DNA from: Eimeria praecox
Taxonomy: Eukaryota
Direction of reading: 5' to 3'
Assembly (NCBI GenBank): GCA_963920595.1
Contig: OY986947.1
Coordinates: 5,580,001 to 5,644,000, forward strand
DNA: 64,000 bases
Of this stretch, positions 1-13,450 are shown in pieces. The stretch's first letter is position 1, and each line of letters begins with the position of its first letter. The notes beneath the pieces are model-generated. The model was not told the DNA's origin and searched no databases. It worked only from the letters and a program-made list of their open reading frames with translations. Made by a program: the position numbers and the translations under genes.

Positions 1-169
1 TAAAGCGGGAGACGCTTTAAGCAAAGCCATTTGCAACCTATGGGAGTCAGGTTGGGCGCCTGGGGGGGAGCCCAACTACGGCCCTCCTTTCAGTATCTTA
101 TTGTATCCAAGAAGCCAAATACGCCTGTCATTTCATTCAGAAATTGCTTGAGAGGCTAGAAAAGTCTAA

Positions 170-950
170 GCCACTGGTGGCTACGGCGTCCCAATATCGT
201 CAAGACTTTGTAGAGCACGAGCGCCGCCTGATGCTATGCAGCTACAGCTCCCGTAGAAGAAAAGTAGGTGATGGAAGGTCTCCTCAGCCAGCTCCACGGC
301 CTGACGGCCATCATCGCAGTGGCAATTGTGCCACTAGGCGTCAAGGGGCGGAGCATGAACTCAGGCATAAGGTAGGCTGTGGCTCTAGTGGTTGCGGCGC
401 ACTGCTATAACTGGATATGCCGAAGATAATTAAAACAATTACAGCGGCTCGTTGGGTGCGCTTTCGAATGTTTGCGCTGCAGCTGGCAGTCAAATGCTAC
501 AAGTGCACCGACGCCCCACATACTTGTACTGCAGATGCCGAACATCGTGCTGCTCGTTCTCCAGCATCACCAGAACCTTGTACCAAGCAATTCAACCAAA
601 GATGGAAGGAATTTAGGTGTTATCCTGCTTCAAAACAAATGTGGGCTGCACCTAGGGTCTTCGTCCCGAACGACCTGCCAAAGCCACTCAGCCCTGCTGT
701 GTAAAACAGTACAACTGTTCACTTCCGTATGCGGCGGTGTAGTTGATGGCTCGAATGCCTGAACAGTGATAAACCTGCAACGTCACTGTTGTATGTTGCT
801 GAATATCTTGTGAAAGAGTAAGGCGAAGCATGCAGCAACTGAGAGAAAGAGTAAACGCATCGATGCAGAATTATTTCTCGTGGCAAGACGTGGCCACGCC
901 ATTTTAAAGTTCTGGATGCTATAGCTGCTTATCAGTGGGAATAACGGTAA
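170..950 (+). mobile_element. Possible highly decayed LTR-retrotransposon gag/protease remnant
   Basis: A zinc-knuckle-like KCYKCTDAPH (~492) is followed ~240 nt later by GVVDGS. This parallels TCRGATH (~44330) and TVDDS (~44550) in the second element. There is no intact ORF. Confidence 0.3.
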
Positions 951-1599
951 AAGGGGACTGTTTACGACGTGATAATTAATGATTATATTCTGTTTTGCTA
1001 TCGCTCAAGCGCTAATTGCACCAAACCAGTTGCCTCCACCACAACTTTTCTGGGTGCGTTCCGTCGCATTCCAGGCCAGGCATAACACATTTCTAACCCT
1101 CCTGTGCTGCTCAGTTCTTGCAATGCCTTCCTTCTATGCTAGACTTGCACAAGCAGAATCCTTGAAGGAGCTGTTATTCAAGCTAAGCATAAGCTTCCTT
1201 CGCCTTTCAGGACACTTTTGCTCAAGCAGAAAAGTAGCACAGCCAACTCATGCGATTAGTGGGAAGCAGAATTCCCTGATGTAGACTCAGTATAAATCTG
1301 TCGAGCAGTGAAATGCATAAGCATATATCACCTCCAGATGCACTACCAAGAGACCTCCCTTGAGCGCATACACTCCAGGCTCTCAATGCATTTTATTCCC
1401 TAGTATCTGGCTGTAAAGCTTGGTGAATTGCTGATAAACTCATGTATTCAGCTATTCAGGCGAAGTGCTACCTTGCTTTCTAGCACAGAAAGGCTGGGTA
1501 ACGCGTTGCTGAGTACAAAAGAGTTCAACGAGTTGCATGCTCTCCGCATGCATTCAGTGGTTGAGTGGCCGTGAAGCGTATTTGTGGGAAGGCCCTAGG

Positions 1600-4400
1600 C
1601 TTGCCTAGCACACGCTTTCTATCCTAATAACGGGATGCCTTGCAGTTCTGTGGTTGAAACACTCGTTACAGCAGGTAGCGATGAGGCTACTTCTGTGGAA
1701 TGGTTCGTCTTTTCGCATAAATCCTGGATGTGGCTTGAATGTCCGCACCCCGCTTATTTCTGCAAGAGGATATTGTGGAGTTAATTTAGTTTCACCGAAA
1801 CAAATGGGAGCCGGCAAGTAGTACCTATACAACCAAGGAAGAAGCAACAAGACGAATTGATATGCTAACGTAGTTCCAAAACAGTCTTAAAGCTGGCTGG
1901 TAAACGCGAAATCGAACCTGCTCATCATCTCCACGAGAAGAGGCATGCATTTCGCAAATGTTGGATTTCAGATTGTCTTGCTGCACATTGGATGCAACAC
2001 CAGTGTGATAATGCATATCGCGTGGGAAATTGACGTAAATGGTCCACTCCCCAAATGTAGGTAGTCTGGCAATAGAAACGTTCATCGCAATAGACCACTT
2101 CCTGCAAAGCGTAAGCGCACTTTTGGAGCCTAATCAGAATGAGCGGAGCCTGAAACTTGGGGTTTAGTTGTGTGCTCAGCTTCTCAGCTAAATGAACGGT
2201 TTGAAATTTTAACTAAATTATAACTGCGTGACGCAACACACTAGAGTGTTCTGAGGGTATTCGGGCCGATAAGGCAAAGGGGGTTCAGATGATCATGAGC
2301 TGTGGTTGAGTCAAAATGCTTGAGGTGAGGCTTTTGAAAACGCATCAGGCCTCCCCTGCGGAGCTCATGCGCCGTCAGATGACGGAAACAAGGCTTGGGT
2401 GTGGAAAGGAAGCCGCCCATCGCTAGTTGAAGGAGCTCCTACTTTACCTCTTGCAACGCGACAGCGCCACACGGTAAACTGTGGACGAATACTCAAGCAA
2501 GCATACTGAACACCCGATAACACACATATTTGTCTCGCAGTAGCCAACATGAGTCATATCTTCACAACTATTGATACGTACACCAACTTCTGGCAGGCAT
2601 TTCTGCAACTCAGGGCATGATTGATTCCATATTTTGTGCGGTGCTGTTCTGAAGGTATATTTCCATTTATTTTTGTGCAACTGAGCTTAATTGAACCCAT
2701 AAGCTCTGTGAGATAACTCTGCACCCAACAACTGCAGAGCGCTGGGATACGCGCAAGCATGCATGATCTCTGACACGGATCCCAGCGTCTTCACGACGAG
2801 CTCGCATTCCTGTGCACAGCCACTTCTCAGCGTCTGCTTTGAAAGTGCCCTTACTTTATCAGGTATACCTTCCCGGCAAGCACATACTTGTTTCTTTAGC
2901 TTGTCTAACTTGCTAGAACCCATAAAATCAGGGCTGCAAGAAGCCCTTGATTCTGGGGTTCTAAGCTAGGCTACCAGCGATCGGCAACGTCGGTGGTACA
3001 CACGCGTCGAATGGAGAGCAATACAAAAGTCCAGTTGACTTCTCTGCATTGGAGAAAAACGTTCAAGAAGGCTTGTGGGGGACTGTATTAACCGCGTTGC
3101 AAGGGGTATAGTCATGCGCATCACCCAAACCCTCCAGTACTCTCCTTCCATCCATGTTCCAAAACAACCTGCTATACCGGGTATGTGGCAGCTTCAGCAC
3201 CCACTTTAGACTTTAGCTTATTCCGGATTTGTGATCCATCTCCGTCTGCGCAAAAAGAAACTTCAAAACTGCCTGCAGTTGCTATATGCTGTAGAAGCCA
3301 GCACGCCTGGGTAGGAGGTGAGCCACTGCAGGCTGGTGCTCTTAGCGCCTGCAACTCCCTGTAACGGGCGCAATTAGGAAATTCCAAGCAGTACATCCTT
3401 CCACAACAACTTACTTTCTTCGTTGGACTTAATTCACTTTTTGATCCCGCCATATCGAAACCATCTCGGGGTATGATGCTGTTGGTTCGATCGCAGGAAG
3501 TGTAGTGCACAGGCACTACAATAGATCTCTGGTGTGGCCTCTAGAGGCCTGATATCATGAAAAGGAATGAACACTTAGAAGATTTCCGAGATTAGGACAC
3601 TTTTAGACAGCAAGGCAGCTTAATAGGATCAGAGTGCCCGCCAGCCAGAACCAGCTTGGGGCCTGGTGTGAGGCTGTTGCTGTGACTCTGGTCCGGGCCC
3701 TCAGCGGGGGTCGAGCATCAGTTCTATTATTCTGGCTTTTTCTTGGGGAACAATAATAGGAACTCGATCATATATTTGGTTGTTAACGGCGTTTATTAGT
3801 GGAGAATCACAGGTTTAAGGGCGAGATCGTAGCGTGTGCACCTACTCTGTCTAGCCTAGGGATCTATCGTAGTAACAGTGTAGACCAACTGTTCACTACA
3901 GGAAGCGTTCAGGACAAGCTCCGGCGTCGCGCATTCGTGTCACAGGGAGTTCGAGAACTTTTGTGCTCTCCTAGTGCTGATGCTTTTCGGTAATTGTTCA
4001 CGAATAGGAAATGAAGTGGGCAAATTTGCTTAGCCTATCCACAACAGCTTAAATGCTATCATAGCTTCCAATTGGTGGTAAATCGACCATGCGATCCACT
4101 GGGGTATCCGTCCAGCTGCGTTCAGGAATCAGAAAGCTTTGCAGGAGACCGGGGTCAATAGTATCCGTTTTCTTTAGCTGCTGCCGTTCCGGGCAAATGA
4201 GGATACATTTTATCGGCTGGCAAGTGCATCCTAGCTGTCAAAACGGAAGTAGTACATCCCTCCAGCTTTTCAAGTGCTGGTTACGCGTGCTGCCGTCTTA
4301 TGTCCATTCGTTTCTTTCATGAGCGAGGTGGGAATTCAGTGCAGTACCACTATCAACAGGTTCAGTGTGTGGGGGGGCACTTGTCAAGCCCTTTTCCACT
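1600..4400 (-). mobile_element. Decayed Ty3/gypsy pol remnants (integrase clear; RNase H and second integrase fragments weak)
   Basis: The minus strand at ~4000-4310 reads HKTAARV..GCTCQPIK..PGLLQSFLIPERSWTDTPVDRMVDLPPIGSYDSI*AVVDRLSKFAHFIS, matching the HHCC-to-rve integrase signature. Weaker pol-like fragments occur at 1850-2680. Many stops and frameshifts; boundaries approximate. Confidence 0.75.
3501..3900. mobile_element. Solo LTR (400 bp) with 5-bp target-site duplication
   Basis: Termini TGTAGTG...CACTACA; flanked by GGAAG at both 3496-3500 and 3901-3905; homologous to 48008-48416 and 60853-61261. Confidence 0.9.
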
Positions 4401-5640
4401 TTCTCAGGTAGGGCAGCTGGGGCGGCATTTCTTCCCTCGTTGGTGAGTGAGCAATCGATCGTAGGGCCCCCGTCCCGAACCCTGGCCAGTTACGGAGTAT
4501 CTCTCCACGGAGTAGCTTTGTTATGAACTGAGTCCAAATTTGGGTTTTATTTCACAAGGGCTGGCAATTCCTGATGCCTTGCTTAGTCGGTGACACGCCT
4601 TGTTTCATTCTTCTTAAAAGCGCCATAGTGTGCTCAATTTGGGCTCCCTTGCCGCCTTGCTAAAACGCCTATGTCACTGCACATGCTGAAAAGCTTCCAT
4701 ATTCCGAATGTACTCGAGAAATGTGGTGCCGCTGCTGCGATGCAGTGGCAACCGCTAGGCTTCTTTAGGGGGAAGGCAGGAGCCAATAGCAACGGTATCG
4801 CTTCCGGTGCACTTAGAAGCCGAATGTACACCTCCGGAGAAGCAAGGAATTTCTCCGCAGTTCATGCATTGCGGCTTTCGTCATATTTGAACGATCGCAA
4901 AACGCGGAAGAGTTGTTCACTGACTGCTGTAGCGGTAGAAAAAAGCATGTTCTGTTCGGCAGGTTGCGGATGCGACGAGCCTCTCAGTCACTCTCCGCCT
5001 CTAGGCATATTTTGTCCAGCCTCAACTTTCCAAGGCGCGCAAAAGGCCCAATATTTGGCAGACGTTTTAGGGCCACTGTAAAAAAGCATTTCCTGTTTTC
5101 GCTGGAGAAGCGCCTTCACGACTATTCAGTGCTATACTCCGAAACATCCGGCTGTAGGGGTCGGGTTCACAGTTCAAGCCTGCCCCTATCAGCTCCGGTG
5201 GGCTGCAAAGTGTAACGAGAGCCCTCCGCCTTAGTTCAAGAAAGCCGTTAACGGCAACAATGACGAAAATTAAGAACGAGAGCAACATAAGTGCAGCTGA
5301 CCTCCAATCCGGTCTCCAGGTTTCCTGGCAACATTGGCATCAAGGCGTGGGCCTTCGCGTAGAGGAAGCAGAGTATTCCTTATCCGCAAAACATTGCCTG
5401 TTCCGTTGGTGTAAAGCGGAAAAGTGCGTACACCTGTTGTCCCCAGTGTAAAAACTAACCAGCAAAATAAGTGTGTGGCGGTGAAGCCAGGCACTCACAC
5501 TCCAACTATAGTTCCTTTTTTATGGGCTTGGCATGCCTCACTGTCTCCCCTAAAAATGGGATGGACAGATGCATATCCCCGTAAACGCACGGTGGTGCAC
5601 CGCTCCGAATAGCGTTTAGACGCAGCGTTAGGGCACGACT

Positions 5641-5713
5641 CTAGTGTTGTAATTGCTCGAAAGCAAATGCTGCTGTAACAGCAGCATTTGCTTTCGAGCA
5701 ATTACAACACTAG
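5641..5713. repeat. Perfect palindrome, 36-bp arms with 1-nt spacer
   Basis: ctagtgttgtaattgctcgaaagcaaatgctgctgt-a-acagcagcatttgctttcgagcaattacaacactag; extends to 5637-5717 with one T/G mismatch. Confidence 0.97.
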
Positions 5714-5905
5714 GGTCCAAAACAAGACAAAACAGTTCCTTTCTGTTGCTGGTGAGAAATGCAGATCCTTCTCGCCACTCATTCCTCTCGCGAATACTGC
5801 AGAGAGGGGGTACGGGGGAGTCCTTACACCTCAAAAGCCGGGGTTGACGGCTCAACGCTTGGTTATTAACCACACAAAATGGTTTATCATATCGCAGCAC
5901 AGCGA

Positions 5906-8900
5906 TCAGTGTGCCTCAACTAATGGCCTTTTTGTGTCAGGCTGAAGGCCAATGTCGTCCGCCTGCGAGCAGCAGCAGAAGCAGCACACAGCGACGAGTG
6001 ATGCATTCCAGCAGAATCTGTGCAGGTACGCTCTTCCTGAGGTGCTGCTCTTAAAGGGTATGTCTGCTTCTTTGCCTCTTGAGTTTACCTCAAGCTTTCC
6101 TTTCTTGCTTGCCGCAAAGTCTGTCAACGTTGGGACCTGTGAGATGAAGAGAACAGTACGAGCGGCTATCAATCTCTGTAAATCGCGCACTTGCATGCAT
6201 CTAAGGTCGCAAGCAGAGGCAGCAACGGCTGTAGCAGCAAGAACAACGTTGGGGACACTGGCAGCAGCAGAGGTAACATACTGCCGCTTTGAGCTGCTGG
6301 TGCAGCAACAGAGAGAAGCCGTGCGGGTCCAGGGCCTCTACCCGGAGCGCTGTATAGCGCATGCGCTGCTCTCCGTTGTAATTATCGAACTCTGCCTTTA
6401 CCGTAACTCGAAAGAAGCTCTAAAAGGAGGAAGCAAACAAACCGCACCCACAGACACCCAAAACGGACCCTATAGCCAAAGCAGGACCACTGCCAGGTAG
6501 CTGTACGCCCGGCAGCTAGCAAACCCCATAATTCACTTGCATAGAGCCTAATACTGATACGTGATGAGGCGTCGCCTTTCGCCCGACTTTGAGGATGCAA
6601 TGCCAATCAAAGAACTCCTCTTTCTTCTCCGTGCTCCAGCACCGCACTTCAGAGGCAAGACACCCTAGCAGAGACTGCCCTGCGCAGCAACATTAGCATC
6701 AGAAACAGCAGCCTCAGATAGCAGCAGAAACGACTGCAAGCAATAATCCTGGGCTACCACGCAGCGGAAGTCAGCAACGCAGGCACACCGTCGTGCCTTA
6801 TGCAACAACAAAAACACACGGTAAGTGGTGCAGCAGCAAATACCCATATCTGCAAAGCATCTGCAGCTCAAAGAGCCCGTGCTGTCAATGAAGGAGGCTA
6901 GTAGCATATACCGCCAGTCAGGTGTTACCTGCGGCAAATACAAAGACCCGCTGCTGCAGCCCCTGCACTGCAGAGGACAGCTATGGTGATGCGCAGACCG
7001 TGCTTGCCAAATCTGCTGTTTTTGAGAGGAATGTATACACCGTAGAGAGGTTAAAGACCAAGAGTCAGCACGTGTGTGGGATGCCGCTGCCTTACGTGGT
7101 TTGTGTTGCAGGTGTAGCACGAATACTCATTCCCCGCTTCTGCATGCAGCTTCTTCCTACATGAAGGGCAAGCAGCATATGTATAGATATCCTGCTGCTG
7201 CTGCCCATGTTGCTGCTGCTGCTGCCGCGGCTTCCAGTACACACGACGGACTTGACCTACAAATGCGTAAATCCCAGGCTGCAAAAGAGGCAGCACGCCG
7301 CAACCAACTGCGGCACCCTAAATTCTAAAGCCTAAACGCCAAACCCTGCAAAAAGACCTGCCATGCATACGCCTCCACAAACCTCTTACTTCGTTTTTGT
7401 CTCTGATTTCTTTAATGCCCATTTCCTGCACTGGCTTTCGCTCGCTGGGCGCCCCCTCACCTAATGGCCCCCCGCGAGACATACTGAGGAAAGAGAGGCC
7501 GGTGCCCGTCTGCAGGCACGAAGGACAGCAAACAAGCCCTACGCTTGCAGAAGTACACAAGCCGCATGCCTGCATTCCTGATCTTTCATTGCCTGCTGAA
7601 GGCATCCAGTGGTTGTTGCACCTGATGCGGATGCTGCCGCTATTATCAATGCTCCTACTGTTGTTACATGCTGATACTACTGATAGCAAAATTTAAGCAT
7701 CTGCGGGAATCACTCCTGCTACGTTATTGTTAAAGGGGACATGGAGCGCCTGCTGAGCAGAGGCTGATACGGTTGCGTGATGGCCTTACGGTGATATACC
7801 ACTGCAGCATTTCTGCTGCATTGGATTCTTCCTCGGCAGATAGAAGTCCTGCGCCTGCCTTCAGTATTTGAGATGATTTTGTTGTGCTGGCGCTCCTGGC
7901 ACCTCGCCAGTCCCGAATGTTGAGCGCCGTGAGTCCATACACCTGAGGAAGGGCTGTCGTCTCACTTATACAGTCAACCTGTCCAGATGCCGCAGTGCCA
8001 GACAAACTGCGGTGCATTACTGGTCACTGTCTTCTGCGCACACCTTCACACGCTTGGCAATGAAATGGGCGGTTGACCGGCGAAGAGCGGCTTCTACACA
8101 ACCGGACAAAAGTGTTTCTAGCAGCAGGCGAGCTCAAAGCTTCAGTAGACGCAAGCAGCCTCTTATCAGCCAGGCAGCGCCACAGCCAACCTTTAGTAAA
8201 TTAAAAAAGGGAAACATTACCATTGGAAGTGTATAGGAGCAACGATGTACGAGCACTGTGCAGGTATATAGGGACACACAAGCGAACAGACTGTAAGATG
8301 GGCAGAAGCTACAATGCACGGGCAGTCAGTTGTACAGCTCGTATCTGTACGCACGAAGATGTAGAGCAGCAATGTTGTACTGAAACGCAAATAGAATGAA
8401 TACACTCAACTCCGATAACTCACTTGTTCACCCCACAGACTTATCTCCATTTCCATTTGGGACTTGTCCCGGACCTTCAGCACACGGCGTTTGAGTTCCT
8501 CTCCGCTGCTCCTTGCGGTGACGGAAGTAATCGGCTGCAGTGAGCGCAAACACAACACCCAATGCGCAAACTCAGACAAAATTTTTCCCCCTTGTCAATG
8601 CACTCTACAGCGAAGCACTTGCAGCCGCAAACACAGCGCAGGACAGCGAAAAGCATTACCTGCTGCTCAAAAGCTACCATCTCACTCAAGCCTGCAGGCC
8701 TCCTCTGTGCCTCACCTGAACCTCAACAACGACGGCCAACACGTCAGTGGGAAAGGGGCACTCTCGAGTGGAGTTGAAGATGCTCCGTAAAGGCATTGAG
8801 CACAAGCTGCGCAAGCCAAACCCTCTGGGCACGCGCCGAAGAACTCAGCCTCAACACCCTACAGCGGCGCGGGAATGCATGCATGCAGGTTTAAGGCGTG

Positions 8901-9764
8901 TCGAGGGAACTAACACATTCCAAAATCCTGATGCAGTTCATATGCATTTCAGTATTAAGTTGGAATCTCAATTCGAGCTCTTGCCTTCGTTTGGCGTGGA
9001 TGGAGCCGTCGTCCTCCGCCGGCTTGATGTCCGCCTCCGTTGAGAAGGAGAGTTCATAGTTGTTGCTGAGAGTTGAAAAACGCTTGTTCGCCACATTAAC
9101 TCTGCCACGGGAGAAGCAGTAAACCTGCAGCCCAGAAAAGCGCTGCACAGCTGCAGTGTGTGCTGCCGCTACTGGAATGCCTACGGTTTCAGCTATCCAG
9201 CGGCGGACGAAGGAAATGGCTGATCCCGCAGCACACTTCACGTGTTTTAAGCAGCAACTGAAATTCTTTACGGCGGACTTTGCCTTTCTCGAGGGCACCG
9301 TGCCACTTCTCAGCGGCGTCTCCCCAAAACTTCGCGCGGATGAGATCCCCCTGCAGCAAATGAAATGAGGGTAGAAGCTTCCTTTTCTTCAGTGCATCGT
9401 TCTAAGTTATGGCATGTGCCCTCGGCAAGGATGGATATGAAAAGTCCTGTTGTGCTGATGGGCTTAAGGAGAGTCCGTTGCAAAATTAAAAGGGGCCTAC
9501 TGCAGAGTCTGTGACGTCCACGTGGAAGAATTTGCTATTATTTTTCGTCGTCTGTAATGGGCTCTTGTCCACCACCCGCGCTTTAATTTGCCAGCGGTGC
9601 ACGTATGGATTAAGGGAACTGATGCTCAAGAACCTCCTGAACACACAGTTGCTCCATTTGACAAGTAGCTAGTCCTCCACCTCCAGCAAAGATAGACCAA
9701 AGTTGAACTCCGACAAATGCTCATCGCTTTCTCACTCGCTTGGGGGGCCATTCGAGTCCAGCAT
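5906..9764 (-). CDS. RPA1: Replication protein A large subunit, short form (multi-exon)
   Basis: Phase-consistent exons: MLDSNGPPSE|RFLSISSLNPYVHRWQIKARVVDKS..FFHVDVTDSA|GDLIRAKFWGDAAEKW..EKGK|VYCFSRGRVNVANKRFSTLSNNYELSF (OB-A). C-terminal part: YAACPSCRKK..YSCYTC zinc ribbon, WRYMLLASFIDSTGS and FRVTVKAEFDNYNGEQRMRY (OB-C). The last exon is tentative. Confidence 0.9.
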
Positions 9765-12700
9765 TCTCGAAGTACGTAGAGAGTGAAGAGTTTCGTTGAA
9801 ATGAAGTCTTCTGTTTCGCTTTCCTTGGGAAAGGTGGAAAAGGGAAAACTCAACAGACGGCACAACAGGCGAGCACCCAGCTGGCAGGGGGAGAATTTAC
9901 AATACTCCTGGTCACTGGAATGCATTCACATGTAACCCTTGGCTGCAATCACGCAGAAATTACCAAACGCAAAAGCAGGAAATCACGTAATACCAGGGGG
10001 GAAAAGTGTCCTTCTGTAGGCAGTGTTGTGCAACGACAGTACTCCCGCACACTCCAAAAATGACTCCAAACCCTCTGCTGAAGGTAAACGCAAATGAAAA
10101 AAGTGTTAAATAATCGATTAAACCCCCAAAACACCTTCTGCTGGAGAGCACTCAGAGGGGCAGCAGCCAACACCACCCCAATCAACCACCTCAGAACGCC
10201 TCACCCTGGAGAGCAGTGTGGGGGGAGAGTACCCGTAAAAGGGCTAAAGTCATCGGCGAATCTTTTCAGCCGAATAATAAGAATTGGAACAATAATACTT
10301 AGGAAAAGCTGCTGCGCCTTTACTGGTGAAGAAACGCCTTGTTAGGTGGGGGCGTGCAGGCAACGGGGGTGATGGGGTGGTATTCGCCAATCGAGATTTG
10401 GCCGCTCCTGAAATAGGGCATACTCCCTGATTTTCCCCCTAACAGAAGTCAAATAAATGAAAATAAAAACTGTTTACGCCACTGCAAGAATTGCAAAAAG
10501 GTTTCCCAGTGGGGTCGTCCTTTTCTTCGGTGCGCCGTTGCCGTTCGGATGTCGTTGGCTTCAACTTCCTTGGCAGCAAGCGAAAGATATCTATCTATCT
10601 GAAATATGGCTGTTTATTACGTCTTTGTAGTCTATTTACTGAGGACCTAGTACACTTTTATTAGTTGCCTAAAGTGTCCGTGTAAGGGGGGCCTCCCATC
10701 TCAGGCGGGGAAAGCCGTGTGCTGCAAAAGAGCCAAAATACTTAATTGAGAGTTCGATAGTGGAACTGCATTCCCACCTGATCTCCAGGAAGCCTGAGAA
10801 TACCGGCGCAAGGCCTGGACCTAGTGAGCGGTAGCATGGTCTACGTGTCGTCACTTGAAAGCAGAGTCGTCGATCTTGGCCGGGGATTTTCGTGAGTTGC
10901 ATCAGGGCCAAAGGGTTCAATGGTTTAAAAAAAGAGTGCCGTTACTCTCCTCTCCTGCCTCCAGGAGTCCTAAACAGAGCTGTTCAAGGGCCTGCGCTGG
11001 CGCGGACAACAAGGACAGGCGTGTCACGGGCTGCAACGCACCTGGCTCCAGCCAGTGCTGCAAGGTAACCCCTCAAGCAGACACATCCAATTCCCATTAG
11101 CTGCATGTTCTAGCAGTGTAGACTGCGGCGTAGGGTGTTTTTAAGCACGTAATTGATCCAACATAGCCAGTCTGCGAGTAAGCAAGGATACAAGTAACAT
11201 TGCCACTTAGAAGTAGATCATGCTACAGCACTCGTATCTGTGCTTGCCCGCAGGCTAGATATGGAGTACCGAATAAACATACACTACAGTCTACAGTTCT
11301 AAAGCATGCGGCAAAGAGCGACTGGCTTTGGTCACACATGGGGGGCTGCCTTGCAGCACTTCCTGCACCAAGATGCGTTGCAGGCCACCGCGGCCGCGCC
11401 AGTGTTCCCGCCAGCTCCAGGCCCTTGGGATGATATATTTTGGACTCCTGGAGATTGGTGGTGAGTTCAGATGCTTTTTGCGAACTTTTGTGTAAATTTT
11501 TGATCCTGCTGCAGCTGATGACAGGGCTCAGCTAAAACCAAGGACTTCTTACAGCAACCTCATCTGCAAGCAAATCGATGGTCCCCTGACTGCATGCAGT
11601 AACAACGTTGGCATTTGTTCAAATCTCACTCAAATCTCCCTAACCATCCTGGGCGCGCAAGCAGCGATGCGGTTACCGCCACCACACAAGCCATAGTACA
11701 CGCTCTGGAACAGCTCGTGCTTGGGTTCAGCCACCATTAGCGTGCTTCCTCTTTCTAATAGGCAGGAAACCAGTGGCGCCTGTAGTTCTCGTGGTGCGAT
11801 TTTAGCCAACCCTTGTTAATGGGTGCAATTTGAAGAGCAGATTAAAAACGGGCAGACCCTTTCAGCGGCCTGTTCCAGGGTGGGCGGTATGCTCTATGCT
11901 TGGGTGCTGTTACGTTGCCTTTACTCACTTTTATGCTGCATGAAGGCCCTCAATGCAATATTCAGGTATAATGTGCCAGATTTAGGGAGCAGCGTAGGCT
12001 TTAAGGTCCGATCCGTCCTCCCCTGCAGATCAAGTGACCCGTGCGGTCCGGGCACTCAAAAGGAATGATGCAACGTATCTGTCGGAGCAGTGTTAATACC
12101 CCTCATACACTTTGAAATTGGTCTGCATTAATTTCACCCAAGCTTTTGCTGAGCCATTCACTAAGGAAGGTCTTGTTCCCGACACCAAATACGGATGCCG
12201 TCTCGCAACCAAAACGGTGGCCACGAGCATCTGCTCCCTTACTGCAGCCTTCGCCCCAACCCTATAATATTACACCCGCATCGCATGCATCAAGCTAAAA
12301 AAGGGTTTTATGAAGGCAAAATCGGCAAACGGTGGGTAGACTCGAAAGGAAGTTGGTTATTTATCAGGTGTCCGCAGTAACACGGAGGGTCGCCTGCGGC
12401 TTTGATGCACCTCCAGTCCGTCTTCAGGCTCATCGCTAGAAATGCCTGAGCTACAGGCCTGAACTACACTCTTTTCTATCTGTTCAAAAGCTCGCCCGCC
12501 CCACTATTTTAAAGGTCTTGCAAGGCTTTACCGCCCCTGCTGCCTCCTCAAGCACAGCAAACTCCCCTGGTCACCCGGCCTACAGCCGGCCGCTGTCTCG
12601 AGCCACATTTATGGTCAAAGGGACTCGAGCATCCGTACGAAGATATTCCCCCCCTTTGCTTGGGGATTTGGAATGTCTCTTTGGGCCTCATCGCCGTGAA

Positions 12701-12865
12701 GGAGGAAAAAAGGAAAAACAAACGGGCTCGCCGCTTCGTCCTTGCCCGCTCACTCCACGCAGCTGCCACCCCGTGCTTGAAGCGCCTTTCTCCAACAGGA
12801 TGAAGCAAGTGGAATACCGTATAGAATGACGGAAATCAGCAACTGTTCGATAAGCATGATATGTT

Positions 12866-13450
12866 TTGGGCTTCGGCATGCACGAAACCAGGCGGTACTG
12901 CGACGCGCTCGAAACTGACAATACAAGAGCGAGAACTATGTATTTGGCGAGGTCGTTCGGCCGCTGCAGAGACGAAAAGTGGCCTCTGCAACAAGGCTTT
13001 CCCAGTCACATGGAGTATGCCCAGTTCCTGCTGCACATGGCAGTGGCTGTTGGGAATCTGGAAGACTACCGATATCATTTGTGGTGCATCCTTGGACGCA
13101 ACGAATTGCCTCAGTTGCACGAGAAGATTAAGGCGACTCAAGAGCCCTGATTCTTTGGGCAGGAGTATCTGCTCGTCGACATTTGCGGGTCAATGCAAAG
13201 GGAGGAGTCAGAATGGGTGGCTTTCTATATATCTGTCCTTTTAGACATGATCGCCCGTGCCTCCCTCCTGGCGGGAAGAACTGCAGGCTGAAATTGAAAC
13301 AATTGAATGCCTTATAGCCATGCGGCAACAGCGACGACGGGAAATGGTAGTTCGTTACCAAGCTCTTTTGAGAGCTTTACACCACGTGATCGCCACTCCG
13401 ATCCGCGTCCGCACGGAAGCAGCGGCTCGCGTAAACTGCCCACTTTTCTA
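12866..13450 (+). pseudogene. Disrupted paralogue of the orphan ORF at 34185-34979
   Basis: NLEDYRYHL..NELPQLHEKIKATQEP* ..AFYISVLLD.. then a frameshift to REELQAEIETIECLI..VRYQALLRAL. This aligns by eye and colinearly with SLDQYRFFL..IELSHLEAQMLALRRP..AFPFNAMLD..RKIQGRIEYLQMLL..EQYHALAVEL. Confidence 0.5.

Noticed and set aside
13148..13150. In-frame TGA as selenocysteine or readthrough
   Set aside because: A downstream frameshift is also needed and no SECIS was recognised; decay is simpler.
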